64,000 nucleotides of DNA from positions 48 through 64,047 of the forward strand of contig CAYQMN010000013.1 in the NCBI GenBank assembly GCA_964418695.1, given 5' to 3'. The position numbers and the translations under genes are program-made. The DNA is from an uncultured Bifidobacteriaceae bacterium. Its GTDB lineage: Bacteria; Actinomycetota; Actinomycetes; S36-B12; CAIYMF01. The notes under the pieces are model-generated. The model made no database searches. It was not told the DNA's origin and saw only the letters and a list, made by a program, of their open reading frames with translations. This document shows positions 15,983-24,442 of the stretch, one piece after another. Positions within the stretch are counted from its first letter, which is position 1; the number at the start of each line of letters is the position of its first letter.

Positions 15983-16945
15983 TCAGGTGGTCAGCACGAC
16001 CTTGCCGAAGACCTCGCCGGAGCGCAGCAGGCTCAGCGCCTCGTCGGCCGCGGTCAGCGGGAGCTCGCGGTCGATCACCGGACGCAGCCCGGTGGCCACG
16101 CACATCGAGACCAGCGAGGCCAGCTCGTCGCGGGTGCCCATCGTGGAGCCGACCACCGAGATCTGGCGGAAGAAGACCCGCGAGAGGTCCGCGGGCGGCA
16201 TCGATCCGGAGGTCGCCCCGGAGATGACCACCGACCCGCCGGGCTTGACCGCGCGCAGCGAGTGCCCCCAGGTCGCCGCCCCGACCGTCTCCATCACCGC
16301 GTCCACCTGCGCGGGCAGCCGCTGCCCGGAGGCGAACGCGCGGTGCGCGCCCAGATCGACCGCCCGGGCGCCGCGGGCCTCGTCGCGCGAGGTCACCCAC
16401 ACCTCCAGACCGGCCTGCCGGGCCAGCATCACCAGCGCTGTGGCCACCCCGCCGCCCGCACCCTGCACGAGGACGCGCTGGCCGGGCCGCAGCCCGGATC
16501 GGGTGAAGAGCATCCGGTAGGCGGTCAGCCACGCGGTGGGCAGGCAGGCGGCCTGCGCCCAGGTCAGCTCGGCGGGCTTGGGGATGAGGTTGCGCCGGGG
16601 GACCGCGACCCGCTGCGCGAACGTGCCCTGGTGCTTCTCGGAGAGCAGCGTGCGGCGCGGGTCCATCGTCTCGTCGGGGAAGTCCGGGTCGGCGAGCACG
16701 CCGTGCACGATCACCTCGTTGCCCTCGGGGTCCACCCCGGCGGCGTCGCAGCCCAGGATCATCGGCAGCCGGTCCGCGGACAGACCGACCCCCTGCAGGG
16801 ACCACAGGTCGTGGTGGTTGACCGAGGTGGCCCGGACCTGGACGACCACCCAGCCGGGCGGCGTGTCGGGCTCGGGATGCTCGCCGAGCCGCAGGCCGCG
16901 GAGGGGATCGTCACGGTCGAGCTGCACGGCGCTGGCGGCGAACAT
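15983..16945 (-). CDS. Zn-dependent/MDR-family oxidoreductase (quinone oxidoreductase-like)
   Basis: Starts at ATG 16945. The Rossmann motif is VLVQGAGGGVATALVMLA, and the layout is that of the MDR superfamily. Confidence 0.85.
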   Translation of the reverse strand: MFAASAVQLDRDDPLRGLRLGEHPEPDTPPGWVVVQVRATSVNHHDLWSLQGVGLSADRLPMILGCDAAGVDPEGNEVIVHGVLADPDFPDETMDPRRTLLSEKHQGTFAQRVAVPRRNLIPKPAELTWAQAACLPTAWLTAYRMLFTRSGLRPGQRVLVQGAGGGVATALVMLARQAGLEVWVTSRDEARGARAVDLGAHRAFASGQRLPAQVDAVMETVGAATWGHSLRAVKPGGSVVISGATSGSMPPADLSRVFFRQISVVGSTMGTRDELASLVSMCVATGLRPVIDRELPLTAADEALSLLRSGEVFGKVVLTT

Positions 16946-17198
16946 GGGCCCGATCCTGTCATCAGGGCCAGTTCCGCCGACCATCGGCGGCGAACGCTGC
17001 CGACCATCCGGGGCGAACGCCGCCGACGGCGGCGGCGGGGTCGTGGGCGGGGGCGTCGCGATGGCCGTCTGATCGACCCGAGCGGGTAGCCTTGGGAGGC
17101 CGTCGTGCGGTGTCCCTCGGGCCGCCGATGGGCCGGTCGATGGGCCGGTGATGACGCGGGGTTGACGCGGTGCGCAGACGCGGAGAGGTGGCCGGACC

Positions 17199-20100
17199 GT
17201 GGCCAAGGACGCTGGGGCTCGAATGGTGGAGTTCGGGACCAACGAATGGCTCGTCGACGAGATCTACCAGCAGTACCTGAAGGACCCGCAGAGCGTGGAT
17301 CGCGCATGGTGGGACTTCTTCGCCGACTACCGCCACGACGATCTCGATCCGGCGACCCCGCAGGGTGCGGTGACCGCTCCCGCGCCGACCGCCGGGCGAT
17401 CCGGGAACGGCAACGGGTCGGCTCCGCCGGCGACCGCGCCCAGCGCGCGCGCGAAGGCCCCCTCTGCGCCCGCCCCCGGCATCGCGGCCTCGGCCGCTCC
17501 CGCCGCGACCGCTCCCGCCGCGACCGCCCCCGCAGCGCCCGCGAAGGCGCCGACCGCGCCCGGCCCGGCCGACTCCGGCACGTCGACGCCCGCGGCCCGG
17601 ACAGCGCCGCCCGCCCAGCCCACGGGCACCCCGGCCAGCGCTCCCACCACCCCCGCCGCGACCACCACCCCCGCCCTCTCGGGCGAGGTGACCCAGGTGC
17701 TGCGCGGGGCGGCCGCCCGCACGGTGACCAACATGGAGGCCAGCCTGAGCGTGCCGACGGCCACGTCGGTCCGCGCGGTCCCGGCCAAGCTGATGATCGA
17801 CAACCGGCTGATGATCAACGGCCACCTGGCCCGAGGCCGGGGCGGCAAGGTGTCGTTCACCCACATCATCGGGTTCGCGATGGTCCGGGCGCTGGCCGGC
17901 ATGCCCGAGATGAACGTGGGGTTCGCCGAGGTCAACGGCAAGCCCGCGATCGTCCAGCACGACCAGGTCAACCTCGGCCTGGCCATCGACATCGTCCGGC
18001 CCGACGGCTCCCGGCAGCTGCTCGTGCCCAGCATCAAGAGCGCCCAGGCGATGGACTTCGCCACCTTCTGGGCCGGCTACGAGGAGCTGGTGCGCAAGGC
18101 TCGCAACGGTTCCCTGCAGGTCAGCGACTTCGCCGGCACCACGGTCAGCCTGACCAACCCGGGCACGATCGGCACGATGCACTCGGTGCCCCGGCTGATG
18201 TCCGGTCAGGGCGTGATCCTCGGTGTCGGGGCGCTGGACTACCCGGCCGAGTGGCAGGGCGCGGCCGAGTCGACCCTGACCCGGCAGGGCGTGAGCAAGA
18301 TCCTCACCCTGACCTCCACCTACGACCACCGGATCATCCAGGGCGCCCAGTCCGGGGAGTTCCTGCGCCGGATGCACCAGCTGCTGCTCGGTGGCGACCG
18401 GTTCTACGAAGACATCTTCACCGCCCTGCGCATCCCCTACGAGCCGGTGCAGTGGGCGGTCGACCTGGCCACCACCCACGACGCGGACCTGAACAAGACC
18501 GCGCGGGTGCAGGAGCTGATCCACGCCTACCGGGTGCGTGGGCACCTGATGGCTGACATCGACCCGCTGGCCTACAAGCAGCGCCGGCACCCCGACCTCG
18601 ACGTGGCCCAGCACGGCCTGACCCTGTGGGACCTGGACCGCGAGTTCGCGGTCGCCGGGTTCGGCGGGGCCCAGTTCATGACCCTGCGCAACGTCATGCA
18701 GACGTTGCGCGACGCCTACTGCCGGACCATCGGCATCGAGTACATGCACATGCAGGACCCCGGCCAGCGCCGCTGGATCCAGGAGCGGATCGAGCGGGGC
18801 CCGGAGAAGGCCGAGCGCTCCGAGCAGCTGCGCATCCTGCGCACGCTCAACGCGTCGGAGGCGTTCGAGACGTTCCTGCAGACCAAGTACGTGGGGCAGA
18901 AGCGGTTCTCCCTGGAGGGCGGCGAGTCGGTGATCCCGCTGCTGGACGCCGTGCTCGCGCGGGCCGCCGCCGACGGCCTGGAGGAGGTCTGCATCGGGAT
19001 GCCGCACCGTGGCCGGCTCAACGTGCTGGCCAACATCGCCGGGAAGTCCTACTCGCGGATCTTCAACGAGTTCGAGGGCAACTACGGCGTGGAGAGCGTG
19101 CAGGGCTCCGGTGACGTGAAGTACCACCTGGGCACCAACGGCGTGTTCACCGCGGCCTCGGGCGATCAGGTGAAGGTGTATCTGGCGGCCAACCCCAGCC
19201 ACCTGGAGGCGGTCAATCCGGTGCTCGAGGGCATCGTGCGGGCCAAGCAGGACCGGATCGCCGTGACCGACCCGCAGCGCAAGTTCGCGGTGCTGCCGCT
19301 GCTCATGCACGGCGACGCGGCGTTCGCCGGGCAGGGCGTGGTGGCCGAGACCCTCAACCTCTCCCAGCTCCAGGGCTACCGCACCGGCGGCACCGTCCAC
19401 GTCATCGTGAACAACCAGGTGGGCTTCACCACCTCGCCGAAGTACAGCCGCTCGACGGTGTACTGCACCGACGTCGCGCGGATGGTCCAGGCGCCGATCT
19501 TCCACGTCAACGGCGACGACCCCGAGGCGGTCGTGCGGGTGGCCCGGATGGCCTACGAGTTCCGGCAGAAGTTCGCCAAGGACGTCGTCATCGACATGAT
19601 CTGCTACCGGCGCCGCGGCCACAACGAGGCCGACGACCCGTCGCTGACCCAGCCGACGATGTACGCGGTGATCGACGCCAAGCGCTCGGTCCGCAAGCTC
19701 TACACCGAGGGCCTGATCGGGCGCGGGGACATCAGCGTCGAGGAGGCCGAGGAGGCGCTGCGCGACTTCCAGGAGCGCCTCGAGCGGGTGTTCCAGGAGA
19801 CTCGGGCAGCCGGCGACGAGGACTTCGGCTCGGCCTCCCGCGAGGTGATCGCGACCGGCCGCAAGGAGCTGATCCCGCAGACCCCGGCGATGGACGTGGA
19901 CACCGCGATCTCCCCGGAGGTGGTCGAGCTGGTGGTCCGCAGCCAGGTCCAGCTGCCCGAGGGCTTCACCGTTCACCCGCGGCTGGCTCCGCAGCTGCGC
20001 CGGCGCGCCGACATGGTCGCCCACGACACCATCGACTGGGGGATGGGCGAGGCGCTGGCGATGGGCTCGCTGATCCACGAGGGCCGCTGGGTGCGGCTGG

Positions 20101-21059
20101 CCGGCCAGGACTCGCGGCGCGGCACGTTCGGCCACCGGCACGCGGTCATCGTCGACGCCCGCACGGGCTGGCAGTACAAGCCGCTCAAGCGGTGCTACGC
20201 CAACGGCGGCAAGCTGTTCGTGTATGACACGCTGCTCAGCGAGTTCGCCGCGATGGGCTTCGAGTACGGCTACTCGGTGGCCCGGCCGGACGCGCTGGTG
20301 ATGTGGGAGGCGCAGTTCGGCGACTTCACCAACGGCGCGCAGACGATCGTCGACGAGTTCCTCTCCTCGGCCGAGCAGAAGTGGGCGCAGCGCTCGTCGT
20401 TGGTGCTGCTGCTGCCGCACGGGTACGAGGGCCAGGGACCGGACCACTCGTCGGCGCGCATCGAGCGGTTCATGACGCTGTGCGCCCAGGACAACATGAC
20501 GGTCGCCCAGCCGAGCACCCCCGCGTCGTACTTCCACCTGCTGCGCTGGCAGGTGCTCTCGCCGCTGACCCGCCCGATGGTGGTCTTCACCCCCAAGTCG
20601 CTGCTGCGGGCCAAGGCGGCCACGTCGCTGACCCGGGACTTCACCGAGGGCCACTTCCGCGCGGTGCTCGACGACCGGGCCGTCACCGGCGGGCACCTGT
20701 CGCCCGGCGGGGTCCGTCGGGTGCTGCTCTGCTCGGGGCGGATCGCCTACGACCTCATGGCCGAGCGCGACAAGCGCGGTCGCCCCGATGTTGCCGTGGT
20801 CCGGATGGAGCGGCTCTACCCGCTGCCGCGGGTCACGCTCACCGAGGTCCTGGACCGCTACGGCGACGCCGAGGTGGTGTGGGTGCAGGACGAGCCGGAG
20901 AACATGGGTCCCTGGCCGTTCATGAACCAGCACCTGCCGGCGCAGATCGCGCGCCCGATCCGCCCGGTCTCGCGGGCCGCCAGCTCCTCGCCGTCGGTCG
21001 GCTCGCTGCACCGGCACGAGCAGGAGCACGCGGTCCTCATGGACGCCGCGTTCGCGTAG
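17199..21059 (+). CDS. kgd: Multifunctional 2-oxoglutarate decarboxylase/dehydrogenase E1 with fused E2-like acyltransferase segment (Kgd/OdhA type)
   Basis: The N-terminus reads NEWLVDEIYQQYLKDPQSVDRAWWDFF and is followed by an Ala/Pro linker. The E2-like segment is YDHRIIQGAQSGEFL. The E1o motifs are RRGHNEADDPSLTQP and GQGPDHSSARIERF. An alternative start is ATG 17223. Confidence 0.92.
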   Translation: MAKDAGARMVEFGTNEWLVDEIYQQYLKDPQSVDRAWWDFFADYRHDDLDPATPQGAVTAPAPTAGRSGNGNGSAPPATAPSARAKAPSAPAPGIAASAAPAATAPAATAPAAPAKAPTAPGPADSGTSTPAARTAPPAQPTGTPASAPTTPAATTTPALSGEVTQVLRGAAARTVTNMEASLSVPTATSVRAVPAKLMIDNRLMINGHLARGRGGKVSFTHIIGFAMVRALAGMPEMNVGFAEVNGKPAIVQHDQVNLGLAIDIVRPDGSRQLLVPSIKSAQAMDFATFWAGYEELVRKARNGSLQVSDFAGTTVSLTNPGTIGTMHSVPRLMSGQGVILGVGALDYPAEWQGAAESTLTRQGVSKILTLTSTYDHRIIQGAQSGEFLRRMHQLLLGGDRFYEDIFTALRIPYEPVQWAVDLATTHDADLNKTARVQELIHAYRVRGHLMADIDPLAYKQRRHPDLDVAQHGLTLWDLDREFAVAGFGGAQFMTLRNVMQTLRDAYCRTIGIEYMHMQDPGQRRWIQERIERGPEKAERSEQLRILRTLNASEAFETFLQTKYVGQKRFSLEGGESVIPLLDAVLARAAADGLEEVCIGMPHRGRLNVLANIAGKSYSRIFNEFEGNYGVESVQGSGDVKYHLGTNGVFTAASGDQVKVYLAANPSHLEAVNPVLEGIVRAKQDRIAVTDPQRKFAVLPLLMHGDAAFAGQGVVAETLNLSQLQGYRTGGTVHVIVNNQVGFTTSPKYSRSTVYCTDVARMVQAPIFHVNGDDPEAVVRVARMAYEFRQKFAKDVVIDMICYRRRGHNEADDPSLTQPTMYAVIDAKRSVRKLYTEGLIGRGDISVEEAEEALRDFQERLERVFQETRAAGDEDFGSASREVIATGRKELIPQTPAMDVDTAISPEVVELVVRSQVQLPEGFTVHPRLAPQLRRRADMVAHDTIDWGMGEALAMGSLIHEGRWVRLAGQDSRRGTFGHRHAVIVDARTGWQYKPLKRCYANGGKLFVYDTLLSEFAAMGFEYGYSVARPDALVMWEAQFGDFTNGAQTIVDEFLSSAEQKWAQRSSLVLLLPHGYEGQGPDHSSARIERFMTLCAQDNMTVAQPSTPASYFHLLRWQVLSPLTRPMVVFTPKSLLRAKAATSLTRDFTEGHFRAVLDDRAVTGGHLSPGGVRRVLLCSGRIAYDLMAERDKRGRPDVAVVRMERLYPLPRVTLTEVLDRYGDAEVVWVQDEPENMGPWPFMNQHLPAQIARPIRPVSRAASSSPSVGSLHRHEQEHAVLMDAAFA

Positions 21060-21067
21060 GGGGTCAG

Positions 21068-21244
21068 GTGTACGACACGGATCGCGGCATCGAGGAGCTG
21101 GCCGCGCGGCGCGGGGACGAGCAGGTCTCGCTGCAGTGGCTGGCCGCCCAGCTGGTCACGTTCGTCGACCTGCACCCGCAGTTCGAGAACGCGGTCGACC
21201 GGCTGGCCAGCTGGCTGGCCCGCGACGACGAGGACGAGGAGTAG
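21068..21244 (+). CDS. Small conserved acidic protein downstream of kgd (DUF-type)
   Basis: GTG 21068 follows a GGGGG run. The 58-aa product VYDTDRGIEELAARRGDEQVSLQWLAAQLVTFVDLHPQFENAVDRLASWLARDDEDEE has clean composition. Confidence 0.55.
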   Translation: MYDTDRGIEELAARRGDEQVSLQWLAAQLVTFVDLHPQFENAVDRLASWLARDDEDEE

Positions 21245-21269
21245 CGCGCCACCCCTGTCCGCGATCGCC

Positions 21270-21476
21270 TCAGGACCCGGTGGACGCCCTGGCCTGCGCG
21301 CCCGCCGATGCGGCGTACTCGCGGCGGCGCCGGGCCAGCTCGGCGCGCAGGTCCACGTCGTCCATCACGATCGCCACGGTCGGGCAGTCCTGGGGGCCGT
21401 TGTGCGCCTCCGGATGGCACAGCGTGCACGGCTGGCCCGGCCTCAGCGGGCACAGGGCATCGGGCAGACGTCTCAT
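21270..21476 (-). CDS. Small Cys-rich hypothetical protein
   Basis: Starts at ATG 21476. The product MRRLPDALCPLRPGQPCTLCHPEAHNGPQDCPTV.. contains C..CxxC..C, and the gene lies downstream of mmpL on the same strand. Confidence 0.45.
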   Translation of the reverse strand: MRRLPDALCPLRPGQPCTLCHPEAHNGPQDCPTVAIVMDDVDLRAELARRRREYAASAGAQARASTGS

Positions 21477-21529
21477 CGGGGCCTTCGGATCGAGGGGTTC
21501 ACCCCCATCATGCCCGAGGACGCGGGCCC

Positions 21530-23638
21530 TCAAACCCCGGGCGACGTGAGCTGCGGAGCGCTCGTCCGCGGGGCGGTGATCCGGCGCGGCCACCAGAACC
21601 GGTCGCCGAGGATCAGCGCGAGCGCGGGCACCAGCATCGTCCGCACCACGAGCGTGTCGAGCAGGACGCCCAGGCAGACCACCACGCCGAGCTGCGCCAG
21701 CACGACCAGGGGGAGCACGCCGAGGACGGCGAACACCGAGGCCAGCAGGATTCCGGCGCTGGTGATGACCCCACCCGTGGCGCCCAGCGCGCGCAGCATG
21801 CCCTCGCGGGAGCCGTGCTCAGGTGCCTCCTCGCGGGCGCGGGTGACCAGGAAGATGTTGTAGTCCACGCCCAGGGCGACCAGGAACAGGAACGCCATCA
21901 GCGGCACGCCCTCGTCGAGCGCGGAGAAGCCCAGGACGTGGGTGAAGATCCACCACGAGGCACCCAGGCTCGCGAAGTACGTGCCCACCACGGTCAGCAC
22001 CAGCAGCACCGGGGCGACGACCGCGCGCAGCAGGGCGACCAGCGCGATCATCACCACGACCAGGATCAGCGGGATGATCAGCTCGCGATCGCGCGCGGAG
22101 GCCTCGGTCGCATCCATCGTCTGGGCCTGGGGGCCGCCCACGTAGGTGCTCTCGAAGCCGGCCAGTGCGGCGCGCATGTCATCGATGGTCTGCGTGGCCT
22201 CGGCCGAGCCCTCGGCGGAGTCGAGCGTGACCTGCAGCTGAGTGACCTCCTCGCCGGACGCGCCCGGGGTCACGCTGGCCACGCCCTCGACCTCCTCGAT
22301 CGCGGCGGTGACCTCGTCGACGTCGTCCATGGTCGTGACGGTGGTGGGGTTGGCGGTGCCCGCCGGGTAGGACTGCGCGATCCGCTCGGCGGCGGCGATC
22401 GCCTCGGGCTTGACCAGGAACTGGTCGGCCGTGTCCAAGCCCAGCCGGATGGTGAGGTTGCCCAGCGCGAGGATGCCCAGGAGCGCCACCACCACGCCGC
22501 CCACGACGACCGGGCGGCGGGCAACTCCGTCGCCGATCCGCCGCCAGACCGAGCGGGTCTGCGCCGCGGTGGAGTCGCCGACCTGGGGCACCTTCGGCCA
22601 GAAGATGCCGCGCGGGAAGAGCACGAGCAGCGAGGGCAGACAGACCAGCGCGAACGAGGCGGCCACGACGATGCCGATCGCGCACGCCAGGCCCAGGCCG
22701 CGGGTGGTCGGCACCAGCGAGAGCAGCAGCGTGAGCAGCCCGACGACCACCGTGGTGGCGCTGGCCAGCACCGGCTCCGCGGTGCGGGGCAGGGCGACGC
22801 GCATGGCCGCGCGTCGGTCGTCGGTGAGGCGCAGCTCGTCGCGGTAGCGCGAGATCAGCAGCAGTGCGTAGTTCGTTCCCGCGCCGAAGACCAGCACGGA
22901 CAGGATGCCGACGGTCGACTCGTCCCAGGCGACGTCGAGCGCGGCCAGCACGCGGGTCGCGAGCACGGCGGCGGCCTGGTCGGCGATGCCGATGACGAGC
23001 AACGGCAGGATCCAGAGCACTGGACTTCGGTAGGTGATGATGAGCAGCACCGCCACCACCAGCGCCGTCACGGCCAGCAGCCGCACGTTCGCGCCCTCGA
23101 AGACCGCGGCCAGGTCGGCCTCCACACCGGCCGGCCCGGTCACCTGGGCGGTCACGCCCTCGGGGGTGTCCTGCGCCAGCTGCGCGCGCAGCTCGGCGAC
23201 CTCGTCGGCCACCTCGGTGGCGCTGGTGGCCGGAAGGGGGAGGATCGCCAGCGCCGCCGTGCCGTCCTGCGAGGGCAGGACGCGCGAGGCCTGCTGGCCG
23301 AGCGATCCGACCACGCCCTGGATCTCGTCCCGCTGGTCGTCGGTGAGGGTGCCCTGGTCGGCGCTGAAGACGATGACGGCGATCTTGCTGTCGGTCTCCG
23401 GCAGCTGCTCGGCCAGCTCGACGGCCCGGGTGGAGTCCAAGCCGCTGGGCAGTGAGTCGACGGGCAGCCGGTCGCGCTCGCCTTGGCCCATTCCGATGAG
23501 CGCCACACCGAGGAGGAGCGGCAGCAGGGCGAACAGCCAGGCCGTCCGCCGCCCGGTGGCCGCGCGCAGCCATCCGTTCGTGGTCGATGCGGCGCGATCG
23601 GTGGTCGCCACGCTCGTTCCGGGGTCGCCGACTCCCAT
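21530..23638 (-). CDS. MMPL-family (RND superfamily) membrane transporter
   Basis: The MMPL layout comprises two 6-TM bundles and periplasmic loops (..ITYRSPVLWILPLL.., ..GAGTNYALLLISRYRDEL.., ..GVDYNIFLVTRAREE..). I prefer ATG 23638 because GAAGGAG lies 6 nt upstream; the track start 23668 is a TTG. Confidence 0.85.
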   Translation of the reverse strand: MGVGDPGTSVATTDRAASTTNGWLRAATGRRTAWLFALLPLLLGVALIGMGQGERDRLPVDSLPSGLDSTRAVELAEQLPETDSKIAVIVFSADQGTLTDDQRDEIQGVVGSLGQQASRVLPSQDGTAALAILPLPATSATEVADEVAELRAQLAQDTPEGVTAQVTGPAGVEADLAAVFEGANVRLLAVTALVVAVLLIITYRSPVLWILPLLVIGIADQAAAVLATRVLAALDVAWDESTVGILSVLVFGAGTNYALLLISRYRDELRLTDDRRAAMRVALPRTAEPVLASATTVVVGLLTLLLSLVPTTRGLGLACAIGIVVAASFALVCLPSLLVLFPRGIFWPKVPQVGDSTAAQTRSVWRRIGDGVARRPVVVGGVVVALLGILALGNLTIRLGLDTADQFLVKPEAIAAAERIAQSYPAGTANPTTVTTMDDVDEVTAAIEEVEGVASVTPGASGEEVTQLQVTLDSAEGSAEATQTIDDMRAALAGFESTYVGGPQAQTMDATEASARDRELIIPLILVVVMIALVALLRAVVAPVLLVLTVVGTYFASLGASWWIFTHVLGFSALDEGVPLMAFLFLVALGVDYNIFLVTRAREEAPEHGSREGMLRALGATGGVITSAGILLASVFAVLGVLPLVVLAQLGVVVCLGVLLDTLVVRTMLVPALALILGDRFWWPRRITAPRTSAPQLTSPGV

Positions 23639-23696
23639 GCGGGCTCCTTCGGACGTAGGATCATCCAATTGCTGAGTTGCTAAGTAGGTGAACTAT

Positions 23697-24233
23697 ATGC
23701 CGAGTTCGGACCGACGGCCGACCGGGGCGGCGTGGCCGCAGACTGAGTCCCTGCTGCTGCTGCGCCAGGTCATGGGGTTGGCCGGCGAGGTGCGCAGCTC
23801 GATCGCCGCGCGGGCCGACCTGACCCCGACGGAGCTGCACGCCCTCGAGCACCTGACGAACGCGCGGATGGGTCCCGGCGAGCTGGCCCGGCGGCTCGAC
23901 GTCTCGACCGCGGCATCGACCGGCATCGTCGACCGGCTGGAGGCCAAGGGGCACGTCGCGCGACGGGCGCATCCGGGGGACCGGCGTCGCACGGACGTGG
24001 TCGTCACCGAGTCGGCGCGCGCCGAGGTGATGGGCCACCTCGGGCCGATGTTCCGCGTGATCGCGCAGGCCGATGCCGAGCTGACCGAGGACGAGCGAGC
24101 GGTCGTGGTGTGCTACCTACGCGCCGCGGTCGCAGCCGCCCACGCGGTCACCGGGGCCGACGCCCCGGCCGACGCTGCGAACGCCGAGCAGTCCGGACCG
24201 GAAGCTGCCACGGCGTCGGCTGATCCGGCCTGA
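23697..24233 (+). CDS. MarR-family transcriptional regulator, divergent from mmpL
   Basis: The winged-helix segment is LTPTELHALEHLTNARMGPGELARRLDVSTAASTGIVDRLEAKGHVARRAHPGDRR. I prefer ATG 23697 (AGGTG upstream); the track start is GTG 23688. Confidence 0.8.
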   Translation: MPSSDRRPTGAAWPQTESLLLLRQVMGLAGEVRSSIAARADLTPTELHALEHLTNARMGPGELARRLDVSTAASTGIVDRLEAKGHVARRAHPGDRRRTDVVVTESARAEVMGHLGPMFRVIAQADAELTEDERAVVVCYLRAAVAAAHAVTGADAPADAANAEQSGPEAATASADPA

Positions 24234-24442
24234 CCCGCGCAGCTGAGCCCTTGGGCCCGTGCCGACCCGGCCCCTGGTCGGTGGAGTCCGTCGAGACCTC
24301 ACCCCAGGCCGCCCAGATCCCCGCCAGAACGCCGGAGGGAGCCGCGGCTGCGGCCCCCTCCGTCTCGTGGGCGCCGCTGGCTGCGACGATGAGACCGCGT
24401 CGCCCATCGCGCCACGGTCGTGCGAGCCGGCCGGGCGGTGGG

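Noticed and set aside
16962-21029. 1355-aa minus-strand ORF antisense to kgd
   Set aside because: This is a classic high-GC antisense artefact with R/G/H/D/P-rich low-complexity sequence and no motifs. The plus strand encodes an unmistakable Kgd/OdhA.
23639-23696. Searched the mmpL/marR divergent intergenic region for a clear palindromic MarR operator
   Set aside because: Only a partial direct repeat (TTGCTGAGTTGCTAAG) and a CAATTG hexamer are visible. There is no convincing inverted repeat to annotate.
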